Of a stretch of DNA of 64,000 nt, positions 18,363 through 28,474 are shown piece by piece. The position numbers and the translations under genes are program-made. The stretch's first letter is position 1. Each line of letters begins with the position of its first letter. The notes below the pieces were generated by a model. That model saw only the letters and a program-made list of their open reading frames with translations, ran no database searches and was not told the DNA's origin. Source of the stretch: a virus; IMG/VR virus record IMGVR_UViG_3300014202_000591. One strand, 5' to 3'.

Positions 18363-21300
18363 TTATCGCGCCACCCGATTCCGCCGTCCGGCGCGCTGCG
18401 CGTTCGCTAAAATCTCCTGCCCGTCGTCTGTCTCCGCCGCTACCGCCAGCAGGTCAATCGAGTCGTCGCGGGTCATCGAATTCGTCACATAGACATTGAT
18501 CACCGTGGGACGCCCGCCGCCACTTCCTGACGCCTGCACCACTCCGCCAAACTGGAACGCCTGCCCGCCATCGCTGGTCGTCAGCCCCGCGCCGGGCACA
18601 CCGGCGGCGGCGAACACCTCCGGCCCTGCCATTGCGGCAATTGAGCGTTGTTGCTGAACCGTGAGAACCATTTCCCTTGGACTTAGCCAACTCAGCACCG
18701 TATCCGCTCCCGTTGGCATTCCCGGCACGATTCCACCAAGGGCGAACTCCGGGACCAACCGGAGCGCGGTCTTACTCCGCAGTTTCTGCGCCTCGATTTC
18801 CGGCCCTACTTCGTCCTCGAATAGTTTTTTCAGGTCGGCGGTTTGGTTTTTCAATCGGCTTTCCCGCACGCTCTTTGTCTTCAGCGTGTTGATCTGCTGG
18901 ATGAAGGTTTGAAGGATTTCGTTATTGAACACACTGCGCGCCTGTGCGCCGTCAATCTGGTCGCTGGAAACCTGTTTGCGAAGATCACGGATCGAATCAA
19001 TCGCATCCTGGAGAAAATCGCCGCTGCTGGCTTCGTCGCGCTTTCGCTGGCGAGCGCGCCCCAGCAGGAAAATCGCAGGGAGCGCAAGGCCCGCTGCAAT
19101 GGCGGTGATGGGGTTACTGAACAGCGGCGCGAGGAAACCCAGACCGCTGAGCGCGCCGCCTGCGCCAATTAGTGCGGGAGCGGCAGTCAATCCCACACCG
19201 AGCAAGCCGCCCGCTGCACCGCCGAGGATTTTGGTCAGCGTGTCGGTGCCAAGAGATGAGCCAAGGCCAACGCCGAGCAGTGGGAGAATTCCTGCGAGTG
19301 CGCCGCCACCACTTCCCGGCTTCAGCCCGAATCCAATCCCGCCGAATAGGTTTTTCAGCCCGGCCAAGCCCGCCACTCCGCCGCCCGCGTTCGGGTTGAT
19401 TCCCGGCGTGCCGGGGAAGCCCAGCCCGGTGAATACGTTCCCGCTCAGTCCGGGCAGGCTGATAGACGACGGCGCGGAAAGACTGCTCCCGCCGCCGCCG
19501 AAAAGACTCTGAATTACGCTGCTGATTCCGCCGCCCCCGCTTCCGCCGGAGAAGATCGCGCCCGCCGGGTTGCCGCCTGCAAAGCCGCCCGTGAGAAAAC
19601 TCGCGCCGGGAACGCCTTGCTGCGACGATCCGAATAGATTGGCGATATTCAGCCCGCCGCCGCCGCCTTGCTGACGATTGCCGCCGCCGAGAATCCCGCC
19701 CAAAATACCGCTGAGATTGAATCCGCCCCCGCCGCCTGCTGGCGCGCTTCCGCCCCCGCCCGGATTGCCCAGGCCGAAGAGTTGCGAAATCACCTTCCTT
19801 GTCAGGGATTTCAAAATATCGCCGATCAAATCTTTGAAGAAACCGAATTTCTGTGTCAGCCGATCAATTCCGCCATCCAGCACGCCGAGGAATTTGTCCT
19901 TGAAGTTGCTCCCAATCCGCTCAAACGCCTCTGCGGTCGTTTCGGCCTCGCTTCTCAGTCCCTTGAAAAAGGCTTGTGCGGGCGTGAGTTGCTGGCCAAA
20001 CGTGGCGAGTTTTTGAATCTCCAGATTTAGCCGTGCGAGTTTTTCCGGGTCGGTTTCAAGTGCTTTTTGCGCCTCCAGGGACGCAATCAGCACATCGCGC
20101 AACTGCCTCTGAATCGCCAGCGTGGCCTCTTTGCCCTGCGCTTCGCTGATCACGCCCTGGCTGATGGCCTGTTGGATTTGGAGTTCCTGTTGCTGAACCG
20201 CGAGGTCTTCCACGCGGGCGGCGCGGTCAAGTTCGCGAGCGCGTCGAATTTGCGCCTGTGCCTCTGCTACGCGCGGGTCAACGTTTTGCGCAATCAGGTC
20301 GGTGGGCAGTTGGCCAGTTGATTCGCCGCTCGGCAGGGCGAGCTTTTGCAAATCCGCCAGCAGTTCGATTTTCTTCTTCTGCGCGGCATCGAGAAAGCGC
20401 AACTGATTTTCCGTTTCTGCATCTGTCAGAGAACGTGTCTTCAGTTCCAACTCGGTGCGCAGTCGCAACAACTCGCCCTCAAGCCTGATCTTCTCCGGCG
20501 TGTTGGCCTTCGCTGCGCGCAATGACTCTTCCGTGGCACGGATTTCCTGCTGAATGATATTGATCGAATTACCAATGCTCGATTGCTCAATGCCGGTTTT
20601 CGTTTCGTAAAACTCCCGAATGGAAATCTCTTCATTGCTGAATCGTTCCTGCACCGCTTTCAATTCGCGTTGGTTGGCGTCTTCGACCAGGCGCAATTGC
20701 TGGTCGAGGGTTTCTTTCGTAAAGCGAAGTTGGGCCTCGCGCAGTTGGCGCGCCTTGGATTCGGCGGATTCGCCGCCACCTGCTGAAACTCGATTTTTGC
20801 GGTCTTGCTCATCCTGAATCTTCCTGTCTCGCTCCGCATTCGCCCTATCCAGCACGTCTTGCGGCACAATCGGCCCTTCCGGCTGCGAAAGATTGGCAAG
20901 CTTCAGCAGTCGCGAGCGCAGCACTTCAAGATTCCCCCCTAATCCGCTTGCCGCAATGCTCTGGCTGATGAATTCTTCGGTGGTCAAGCCAGACGCGCGG
21001 CGGGCAGCATCAAAGGCAGTAGCCAGCGCAAGAAGCTCTTTCTGATTCCCGGAAGATGCAACGCGCGCCTTGTCCAGTTCCGGCGACAACTCAGCGATTT
21101 TCTGGCGATAGATGTCTGCCGCTGCAACGCCCGGCCCTGCCAAGCTGCGCCCAAAACGCTCCCCGGAATTCTCTGCTGCTGCCTGCTTGCGCGTCAGTTC
21201 GTCCAATTGGGCTTGCAGTCGTTCCACCTGCGCGCGGTTCGCCTCCATATTGGCCGAGGTGACGTTTAATTGATTGGCAAGCTGCTTTCCCTGCTCAATA

Positions 21301-23063
21301 GATTCCTTTTGCAACCCTGCGCGCCGCGTTGCGTTTTCCTGCTCAAGTAATTGAATCAGTCCGGTCAGCTTGCCAGAGGTTGTTTCAATGCCGCCCGCCT
21401 CTTCTGCATACAGGCTCACACGCTCCCGCTGAACCGGCGTGAGCGCGTCATATGCCGCTCGAATTTTCGCCTGCTCGTCCGCGTTCAAACTCGATTGCTC
21501 GCGTAGATTCTTCAGCGCGTCCAGTTCCGATTGACCGACTTCTACGCGCTGCCGGGAAGCGTTCAACGACGCCTCGGTTGCCGCTGCCGCTTCGGTTGTG
21601 CTTTGCGCAAAAAGCTGATTGGCCACGACAAGCCCGCCAATTACCAGCGCGACCGCGCCAAGAGCAATTGCCACGGGCGGAATTGTTGCCGCAAGTCCTG
21701 CAATCGCGGCTCCTGCTCCCGCGAGAGCGCCGCCTTCGGCAAACAGGGCTGAGACGACGGTGATTATATTTCCGAGCGCTCCCAAGGTCTGAATAAGCGC
21801 CCCAATGGCAACTACAATTGGCCCAATTGCCGCCGCCACTGCTGTGAGAATCAAAATGGCTTGCTGCGCGCTGTCCGGCAATGCACGGAAAGCATTTGAC
21901 AACTGCTCAATAATCGGCACCGCCCGTTCCACCAGCGGCTGAAGCGCTTCAATCAGCGCCAACCCCAGCGGGCGGAACGCCACAATCACCCGGTCACGCA
22001 ATTTCTCAAACTGAGTGCCGATGGATTCGGTCACGCCGGCCAATTTACTGTTGCTGGATGCGGCTTGCGCAAATGCCGCGAAGAATTCTTCCGTGGTATC
22101 AATGCCCAGTTTTTTGGCGCTTTCGCGAATGGCGGCGGCGTTCGTGGCGTTGTCCACGTTGAAGATTTGCTTGATCAATTCTCCCCCCAAGGGAGATTGC
22201 CCAACCAATTCCTTCAAATCTTGGCGCTCAAAATTCTGACTGATCAACTGTACCAAGTTGCCCGCGAATTTCTGCGGATCGCCCAGCGGTGCAACGGCGT
22301 TCAACCGCCCAATGGCAGGCAGGATTTTATCAATTGTCGCAACCGATACATTCGCCACGCGCAATTGTGCATCCAGTGTTGCGGCCAGCGAGGTCGTCAG
22401 CCCCGGCGACCGCTGCGCCGTGGCAACGAGTTGCGCAAAGCGCGCCTCTGCTGCCTCTGCACTGCCAGTCAGGGCTTTCAGTACATTCACCTGCCGGTCA
22501 AGGTCCACGGCTGAGGATACGGCTGTGCGTCCGAGTGCAATAATTCCAGTTGTCAGGCCAGTAAGGGCAAAACCGGCCTGCTGGATGGACTCACCCGCTT
22601 CGCGAATCGTGGAACTGTAGCGGCGAAAGAAGGTGAGCGCGCCGGTATTATTGGCTGCGCGCTCCAGTTTTCGCTGCCGCTCGATTTCCCGCTGCGCGAA
22701 TCGCTCGCGTAGCACGTCCAAGTCTGCCTGTTTCTTCGCTTCGATCTGCGCAATCCGTCCGGCGCTTTGCGTGGCAATGGATTCGAGGCGTCCATTGGCG
22801 CGCAAAGCTTCCTGCTGAATCTTCGCGGCGTCCGCTGCCGCTTTCGCCGCCGCCCGCGCCTGAATGGCGTCAATTGTTGCCTGATTGCGCTTGACTGCCT
22901 CCGCCGTTCCGGCGCTCAGCGCATCCCCGATTTTCTTCCCGGTGGCGCGCAATCCGTCCGTGCCCGAATCAAGCGCGCTCTGAAGCCCGGCTTTCAGTTT
23001 GCGTGCGAATGCCGCCACGTCGGGCTGCGCAAGTTCGGTTCTAATTACAATCGGTTCAGCCAT
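18363..23063 (-). CDS. Tail tape measure protein
   Basis: 1566 aa, Ala/Gly-rich helical protein with a hydrophobic middle segment; lies downstream of the tail tube and chaperone genes. Confidence 0.92.
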   Translation of the reverse strand: MAEPIVIRTELAQPDVAAFARKLKAGLQSALDSGTDGLRATGKKIGDALSAGTAEAVKRNQATIDAIQARAAAKAAADAAKIQQEALRANGRLESIATQSAGRIAQIEAKKQADLDVLRERFAQREIERQRKLERAANNTGALTFFRRYSSTIREAGESIQQAGFALTGLTTGIIALGRTAVSSAVDLDRQVNVLKALTGSAEAAEARFAQLVATAQRSPGLTTSLAATLDAQLRVANVSVATIDKILPAIGRLNAVAPLGDPQKFAGNLVQLISQNFERQDLKELVGQSPLGGELIKQIFNVDNATNAAAIRESAKKLGIDTTEEFFAAFAQAASSNSKLAGVTESIGTQFEKLRDRVIVAFRPLGLALIEALQPLVERAVPIIEQLSNAFRALPDSAQQAILILTAVAAAIGPIVVAIGALIQTLGALGNIITVVSALFAEGGALAGAGAAIAGLAATIPPVAIALGAVALVIGGLVVANQLFAQSTTEAAAATEASLNASRQRVEVGQSELDALKNLREQSSLNADEQAKIRAAYDALTPVQRERVSLYAEEAGGIETTSGKLTGLIQLLEQENATRRAGLQKESIEQGKQLANQLNVTSANMEANRAQVERLQAQLDELTRKQAAAENSGERFGRSLAGPGVAAADIYRQKIAELSPELDKARVASSGNQKELLALATAFDAARRASGLTTEEFISQSIAASGLGGNLEVLRSRLLKLANLSQPEGPIVPQDVLDRANAERDRKIQDEQDRKNRVSAGGGESAESKARQLREAQLRFTKETLDQQLRLVEDANQRELKAVQERFSNEEISIREFYETKTGIEQSSIGNSINIIQQEIRATEESLRAAKANTPEKIRLEGELLRLRTELELKTRSLTDAETENQLRFLDAAQKKKIELLADLQKLALPSGESTGQLPTDLIAQNVDPRVAEAQAQIRRARELDRAARVEDLAVQQQELQIQQAISQGVISEAQGKEATLAIQRQLRDVLIASLEAQKALETDPEKLARLNLEIQKLATFGQQLTPAQAFFKGLRSEAETTAEAFERIGSNFKDKFLGVLDGGIDRLTQKFGFFKDLIGDILKSLTRKVISQLFGLGNPGGGGSAPAGGGGGFNLSGILGGILGGGNRQQGGGGGLNIANLFGSSQQGVPGASFLTGGFAGGNPAGAIFSGGSGGGGISSVIQSLFGGGGSSLSAPSSISLPGLSGNVFTGLGFPGTPGINPNAGGGVAGLAGLKNLFGGIGFGLKPGSGGGALAGILPLLGVGLGSSLGTDTLTKILGGAAGGLLGVGLTAAPALIGAGGALSGLGFLAPLFSNPITAIAAGLALPAIFLLGRARQRKRDEASSGDFLQDAIDSIRDLRKQVSSDQIDGAQARSVFNNEILQTFIQQINTLKTKSVRESRLKNQTADLKKLFEDEVGPEIEAQKLRSKTALRLVPEFALGGIVPGMPTGADTVLSWLSPREMVLTVQQQRSIAAMAGPEVFAAAGVPGAGLTTSDGGQAFQFGGVVQASGSGGGRPTVINVYVTNSMTRDDSIDLLAVAAETDDGQEILANAQRAGRRNRVAR

Positions 23064-23125
23064 TGCGTTTTTCGTGCCACTGTGAATAATTTCGCCGCCA
23101 TCGGCCCCAAAGGAGAAAATCTACT

Positions 23126-23689
23126 GTGAAAACTTTTCTGCTCGTTCTTGCGCTATCTATCTCGGTCGCTGCCCAATCACTGACCGCCACCACGCCGGAT
23201 GGCAAATCCGTGATTTTGAACCCAGACGGCACATGGAAATTCGCCGCCGCTGAATCCACTGCCACATTGTCAATCGAAGCCGCGTTGATTTATCAATCGG
23301 GCGATGTGAAACCGGCGGCGCGAACGACGTTTTATCTGTTGGATGAATCGCCGCTCGATCTTCTGGAAAAAGCCAATGTCCGGCCCGTTCAGGGCGGCGC
23401 GCCCGTTCGCCTCGTGTTCAGCCTCGCGCGGCTCAAATCCAGCATTTGCGACGACTGCGCCCGGTTCGCCGCCGATGTGGGCAAAGCCCTTGCCCCTCAT
23501 GTTGTCAAACAGGTCAGCACCGGATTTGACGGAAAGGCGGTTTTCGATTCCGTCAAGCCCGGCACCTACCATTTATTCGGCGTCTGGTCTGCCGGGCGGA
23601 ACGATGTGCTCTGGATACTCAAGATTGATCTGAAGGCCGGAGCCAACACGGTCAAGCTTGACCAGAACAACGCCGCACTATCGTTGTGA
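23126..23689 (+). CDS. Secreted protein (moron) with DUF3157-like N-terminus and beta-sandwich domain
   Basis: MKTFLLVLALSISVAA|Q; ATTPDGKSVILNPDGTWKF; TGFDGKAVFDSVKPGTYHL; AAGGAG RBS; antisense orientation. Confidence 0.7.
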   Translation: MKTFLLVLALSISVAAQSLTATTPDGKSVILNPDGTWKFAAAESTATLSIEAALIYQSGDVKPAARTTFYLLDESPLDLLEKANVRPVQGGAPVRLVFSLARLKSSICDDCARFAADVGKALAPHVVKQVSTGFDGKAVFDSVKPGTYHLFGVWSAGRNDVLWILKIDLKAGANTVKLDQNNAALSL

Positions 23690-24154
23690 CCGCACCCCCC
23701 GCGCCCGGTTCAACTCCGCCATCCGCTGCTGCATTTCCGCATCCTGCGCCCGCTGTCGCGCCTCAGCTTCCTGATCTGCGCGCCGTGCGGTTTGCAATGC
23801 GTCCAAACACGCCCACTCGGCTGCGGTCAGGCCGTCGGGATAGTCGAATCGCGCGCCCGCGTCTTTCAGTCTGTCCAACCGCAACGCCACGGCCATTGGC
23901 TCGCTCAGGTGCGACGGCGATGGCAGGCCGCGCGGCTTATTGCAGCCAAGGCAGATTTCATGCGGGCGGGATTCGTCTTCGGCTTCGATCCTGATGCCCG
24001 CCTCATAGCAGGCATCGAGTCGAAAACAGCCGCCAGTCTTCAAAGAGCGTTGGAAGCTGAGCTGAGCGGTGATGTGGTCGCTCAGCTCACGGGTCAGTCC
24101 CGTGCTTTCTTTCTCCACAGTTGCGTCAACTGCGTTACGGCTTCGCTTTTCCAC
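23678..24154 (-). CDS. Tail assembly chaperone, gpT-like frame
   Basis: Overlaps the 3' end of the upstream chaperone in the -1 frame, immediately before the tape measure gene. Confidence 0.55.
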   Translation of the reverse strand: MEKRSRNAVDATVEKESTGLTRELSDHITAQLSFQRSLKTGGCFRLDACYEAGIRIEAEDESRPHEICLGCNKPRGLPSPSHLSEPMAVALRLDRLKDAGARFDYPDGLTAAEWACLDALQTARRADQEAEARQRAQDAEMQQRMAELNRARGVRSQR

Positions 24155-24888
24155 TCGCCCAGAAACGCGGCGGCGAAAGCTTCGCGGCCGGCTTCGGCGA
24201 ACGTTTTCCCGTTTGCCAACACCTCGGATGTCGAGCTATCCGTATCGGGCGCAACGCTCAAAAGCAGCGCGTCAAACAGGTCGGAAAATGCCTGCTGATT
24301 AATCCCCGACGTGGCCAGTTTGGTTTTGCCCTGTTGCACGGACATGCTGAATGTTGCTTTTTTTTCAAAACCTCGCTTTTCCGATTCCGTCCACTCGCGC
24401 AACCTCAGTTTGAGTACTGCCCAAGGGGAGTTCAGCGAGCCGATGCGCAAGCGCACTGCCCACTCGCCACCGTCGAATGTGGCGCTGCTTTCTTCCGGCA
24501 AAACTTCCGCGCCGCACTCGTACAGCGCTGCAATTGCCATTTCCTTGTGCGCCACGCGCATTCGTGCGGCCAGTGGCTCGGTGACAGCCGTGCCATCCTC
24601 AAGCCCCGGATAACCGCTGACCGACTCTGCAATCTGATCCCATAGCCACGTCAATCCGTCGGACATTCCGCCATGCTCTTCCGTGATTTGAGTGCCGGAG
24701 TGACGCTCCTGAAAGACGAGCTTGCGTTTGTATTCGGATTCCTGTCGCGGGGTCGGCCTGCTCAGCCTGTGCGTGACAACCAGTTTGCCCTCTTTGCCCG
24801 GCCAAGCGACCGGCAGCAAGATTTCAAAGGATGTGATCGCGAGGTCAAATGCGGTTTTGGCTTTTTGCGTCTGCGTTGCTTCGTTCAT
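24094..24888 (-). CDS. Tail assembly chaperone, gpG-like
   Basis: Lies between tail tube and tape measure; GGAGG RBS. Confidence 0.6.
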   Translation of the reverse strand: MNEATQTQKAKTAFDLAITSFEILLPVAWPGKEGKLVVTHRLSRPTPRQESEYKRKLVFQERHSGTQITEEHGGMSDGLTWLWDQIAESVSGYPGLEDGTAVTEPLAARMRVAHKEMAIAALYECGAEVLPEESSATFDGGEWAVRLRIGSLNSPWAVLKLRLREWTESEKRGFEKKATFSMSVQQGKTKLATSGINQQAFSDLFDALLLSVAPDTDSSTSEVLANGKTFAEAGREAFAAAFLGEWKSEAVTQLTQLWRKKARD

Positions 24889-25005
24889 TTTTGGCCCTCC
24901 TATCGGCCCCTGAATTGTGAATCAGCCCGCGTGCGTGTCAGGAAGCGCGCCGTTTCCCGGTTGCTGTACAGGCAGCCGGTAGCGGGCTGATCTTGTTTTC
25001 AATCG

Positions 25006-25245
25006 CTACCATTTCCCCAGCGGACAGGCGATTTCCGGCAATCGCCACTTCGTTCGCAGGTCACTCATTGCCCATTGCGCACAGCCACACGCGCCGCAAA
25101 ATAAACCGGTCGCGGTCGTGACAACCTCCGGGCAGTCGTTGCAAATCTGTTCGCGCCGGGTCGCCTCTGCGAGCGGCGCATCGCCGGTTCGCAGAAATGA
25201 CCACAGGGCGCGCGCGAAGGATTTAAGCTGGGTCAGTTGCAGCAT
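25006..25245 (-). CDS. Small Cys-rich protein (DUF6171-like)
   Basis: R..IC..C......C.ACGC....K......CPLGKW motif. Confidence 0.65.
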   Translation of the reverse strand: MLQLTQLKSFARALWSFLRTGDAPLAEATRREQICNDCPEVVTTATGLFCGACGCAQWAMSDLRTKWRLPEIACPLGKW

Positions 25246-25426
25246 CGTCTTTTTTTTTCGCTTCTGGTTCAGCCGTTGGCTCGACCGCCGCCGATTCAAC
25301 CGGTGCGGCAGTCTTCGCCGCCCGCTTCGCTAATCGCGCCGCTTCGTGCTGCGCCGCCTCTTCCGGCGTCACGCTCCACAATTCGGCAAGGATTTCCGCG
25401 CGTGTTTTCGTTCCCTCTGCCATCAT
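25223..25426 (-). CDS. Small hypothetical protein
   Basis: GGGGA RBS directly after the tail tube gene. Confidence 0.5.
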   Translation of the reverse strand: MMAEGTKTRAEILAELWSVTPEEAAQHEAARLAKRAAKTAAPVESAAVEPTAEPEAKKKDDAATDPA

Positions 25427-25432
25427 TTCCCC

Positions 25433-26512
25433 TTATGCAAATGTGCCGATTGTCGAATTGACCACTTCCACCGTCAGCACCGACGTTCCCGAAGTAATCG
25501 GCAGCAGGTCCATCTGAATCGCGAACTTGCCGTCGCTGTCCACGTTGACAATGCGCGTGATTTTCGCGGTGGGAATGATAATCTTCAGGTATTCGTAGGT
25601 CGTGTCCGGCGTGCCGCTTGGGTCAAGGTCTGCTCCGCGCGCGCCGAAGGTCACGTCCGTCAACGTCACACCCTCCACCATGTCATCCCACTCATCCGCC
25701 GCATCGGCTTCAATTGTGATCTGCGCGGTTACGCTGCGGTCGCGGTGATGGAGTTTCGAGTTAAACGCCGCATCGCTCGCACCGCCGCTGGCCGTGGGAT
25801 CGCCCGCATCCTGCGTCGAATCGCCGGTGCAGCGGTCGCCCTGCGGATTCAGCGCGTTATCCAGGCTGACCGTCCAACCGCGCACCGTGCAGCCCGCGCC
25901 CAGGTCAACCGCATCGCCGTTGTCATAGCTCAGATAGGCGAACGGACGCAGACAGGTAAACGACGGTGCAGAAGGCAGCGACGTGACGCCGTGAGGCGAC
26001 CAGTGTTTGCCGGAGCCGACGAGGTTGAACGATGTTTTAATCGCGTTCACGCCCTCCTGACTCATCGTGGCCTGGCCGACTACCATGCCGGCATAGCGGA
26101 AGCTGTAGCCGCTGCCTTCCATCACGCTGATTGCGTTGAAGCTGGGCAATTGCAGCCCCGTGCTTTCCGGCAACATTGGGCAGGTGTGTTTGCCCGCCAG
26201 CAGCGCAACCACTGTGGTATTGGTGATCGTTCCGCCTGCCGCGCGAAGCCAGAGGCGCGCCGCCAGATCGAAATCCGCATCGGCGGCCACGTTGACGCCG
26301 CTCGGTTCCCAGTAGGTTTTGCAAACGGCGGAAGCAAATTCGCTCCCGGCCCGTCCCTGATCGGTGCGGAATTCCTGCACCGGAATTGTTACCAACGGCG
26401 CGTCATTGACCGCACGCAGGTAGTTTGAGCCGGTGGTGTTGGATGCGTTGTAAGAGCCTTCGACCGTTTTGCCGATGTAGAGCTTTGCTGCCCGTTGTAA
26501 GTAAGTCGCCAT
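25433..26512 (-). CDS. Major tail (tube) protein
   Basis: 359 aa, beta-rich; position after the neck genes and before the chaperones and tape measure. Confidence 0.75.
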   Translation of the reverse strand: MATYLQRAAKLYIGKTVEGSYNASNTTGSNYLRAVNDAPLVTIPVQEFRTDQGRAGSEFASAVCKTYWEPSGVNVAADADFDLAARLWLRAAGGTITNTTVVALLAGKHTCPMLPESTGLQLPSFNAISVMEGSGYSFRYAGMVVGQATMSQEGVNAIKTSFNLVGSGKHWSPHGVTSLPSAPSFTCLRPFAYLSYDNGDAVDLGAGCTVRGWTVSLDNALNPQGDRCTGDSTQDAGDPTASGGASDAAFNSKLHHRDRSVTAQITIEADAADEWDDMVEGVTLTDVTFGARGADLDPSGTPDTTYEYLKIIIPTAKITRIVNVDSDGKFAIQMDLLPITSGTSVLTVEVVNSTIGTFA

Positions 26513-26724
26513 AGAAACCTCGTTTGGTTTGCGAGGTCGCTAGGCGCGGGCGTTTTGCCGCGTTGGCCGGATTCGTCGCCGTCACCGGGCCGCTTGCTCA
26601 GTTGGTAAAATCGAAAAGAACTATTTGCGCTCGGCTTGCAGGCGCTTTGCATATTCGGTGACTGCCGTGCCGATGCCCTTGATCAGTCGCCCTAATTCTT
26701 CAAGAAACCAGATTGTTGCCGGAC

Positions 26725-27198
26725 TCATTCACACCCCACCTTCACGCCATCGAGCACGATCACGCCGCGCGCGATATGGATCAGCTTGCCGTTCGGCCCC
26801 TCTGCCGCTGGTCGAATGTCGTCAAATGACGGCGGTAGCGCGAAGGTCAGCGGATCGGCCAGCGGCTGCAAAAACGCATCCCGCACATCGTCCAGTTCGT
26901 CGAGAAATTCCTTTTCCGAATTCGTCGTGTTGTCGCCGGTGGCATATTGCAAAAATGCCCAGACGGCATAGCGGGGTGAATATTCGGCGTAGTTTTGACG
27001 GTTCGCCTTCAGCATGTCCGCCGTTTTCGTGACAATCCACCCGTGAATTCGCGCGCCGTCGGAATCGGCGCTGCGCAGCATCTCCCAATCACCCGCCGCC
27101 AGTTTGCCCAGGATGTCGCGCGGCTTCACAACGGCATTGGGCGCAGCGGTGGCGATTTTGGCGGCAATGGCGGTTTGGATTTCATAGGAAGATGCCAT
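26725..27198 (-). CDS. Tail terminator / completion protein
   Basis: Synteny in the neck module. Confidence 0.55.
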   Translation of the reverse strand: MASSYEIQTAIAAKIATAAPNAVVKPRDILGKLAAGDWEMLRSADSDGARIHGWIVTKTADMLKANRQNYAEYSPRYAVWAFLQYATGDNTTNSEKEFLDELDDVRDAFLQPLADPLTFALPPSFDDIRPAAEGPNGKLIHIARGVIVLDGVKVGCE

Positions 27199-27597
27199 TT
27201 ACGCAAAGCTCCCCAACTGTCCCGCCTTAAAGCGTTGCTTCACAGTTTCAACCGCGGGCCGAATAAATGGGCGATTTAGCTCGTTTTCCAGGATTGCCGC
27301 ATATTCCGTATTGATCACCCGCTCCACAGTCAGCGGCGCGATAAATCGCGGTCGCCCTTGACTGCGAAACAAATTCCCGCTGCGAATCGCGGGCGCTTGC
27401 CCCGGCGCGGACGCAATATATTTCCCCCGCGCTGGCCGTGGCCGGTAATACGTCCGGCCTGATTTCGGCAGGCCGAAGGAGCGAATTTCCAACGCGCGTT
27501 CGTATTCGGCAATGTCCATCAGGATGGGGCGGGCCTGCTGGGTGATGGCGGCGCGGAAAAGATCATTGTTGAGAAGGACGGTGTAGGAAGAGGGCAT
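27199..27597 (-). CDS. HK97 gp10-like neck protein
   Basis: ASAPGQAPAIRSGNLFRS...NTEYAAILENELNRPFIRPAV matches the gp10 pattern. Confidence 0.75.
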   Translation of the reverse strand: MPSSYTVLLNNDLFRAAITQQARPILMDIAEYERALEIRSFGLPKSGRTYYRPRPARGKYIASAPGQAPAIRSGNLFRSQGRPRFIAPLTVERVINTEYAAILENELNRPFIRPAVETVKQRFKAGQLGSFA

Positions 27598-27998
27598 TAG
27601 TCTTCGTCCTCCTTGGGGGTCACGCCCAGCCGCCACAACCTGCACTCACCAAATGGCGGGAAGAAATGCTCCTTCACCAGACTGTAGCGCGTTGTTGCGT
27701 AGGGCGTTTCCAGTGTCAAAGAACTGACGCGAAGTAGGTCCGCAGCGGCCAGCCTATCTTCCGGGACGCGGATTTCGTACTTTACTTCCGGCGGCAATTG
27801 CGTGCCGTCAAACGCCCGGTCGTAGAACTTGAAGGCGTCAATTCCAGCAGATTGAGTTGGCGTATTCGTGCCGCTCAATCGCTCAAAAAAGATCGTACTG
27901 CCCTCACCCAAGGCATTTGGGCCTTCGTCATGCTGCGTGTGCGCGACCTCTTGCGCGAACGCCACGTTGTAAGCTTGGATGTCGCCAAGAATGCTCAT
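27597..27998 (-). CDS. Putative head closure protein
   Basis: Synteny; coupled stop/start junctions. Confidence 0.5.
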   Translation of the reverse strand: MSILGDIQAYNVAFAQEVAHTQHDEGPNALGEGSTIFFERLSGTNTPTQSAGIDAFKFYDRAFDGTQLPPEVKYEIRVPEDRLAAADLLRVSSLTLETPYATTRYSLVKEHFFPPFGECRLWRLGVTPKEDED

Positions 27999-28474
27999 CA
28001 GGCAACCTCCAGTGATGCAAAACGCTCTGCCTGCTTAATGCACTGCTCATAGACCGCTTTATCGGCGACAAGTGCGCTTGCCATCGCCGCCTTCGCTTCC
28101 CACACCTGCCGTACAGCCCGTCGCACGTCGTACAAATTGTCAAAATCCGGCCCGTATTCCTGCCATGTCAGAATCGGATCACTCGCGCCTTCAGTAATAA
28201 TTCCGCCCGCGCCCTTCGGCCATTCCGGCTCATCGGCAGCATCCGCATCGCTCGTTCCCGCCTGAATGCAGCGGTATTTGTGACCGTTGCGAACGGTGGG
28301 CAGAATTACCGCGCCGTAGGTGTACGCCGTGCCCACTGTCCAGATCGTCGCCTTGATTGAATTGTCAAGAATCGTGTCCAGTGCTGCCGAGCCGATCAAC
28401 GGCGGAACGTCCGGCTGCGCATACAGCCGGAGCAGTTCCATCGCGGATTGACGTTGTTCGGCAGCGCTTGGCAT
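27998..28474 (-). CDS. Head-tail adaptor with an inserted carbohydrate-binding-like module
   Basis: YDVRRAVRQVWEAKAA adaptor motif; insert WTVGTAYTYGAVI...KYRCIQAGTS...EPEWP. Confidence 0.65.
   Translation of the reverse strand: MPSAAEQRQSAMELLRLYAQPDVPPLIGSAALDTILDNSIKATIWTVGTAYTYGAVILPTVRNGHKYRCIQAGTSDADAADEPEWPKGAGGIITEGASDPILTWQEYGPDFDNLYDVRRAVRQVWEAKAAMASALVADKAVYEQCIKQAERFASLEVA

Noticed and set aside
19250-19760. Gly-rich GGCGGC repeats in the tape measure gene
   Set aside because: Coding low complexity common in tape measure C-termini; no unit/spacer structure.
18454-22873. Numerous antisense and alternate-frame ORFs within the tape measure, capsid, portal, terminase and fibre genes
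   Set aside because: Typical GC-rich shadow ORFs with no motifs or RBS.
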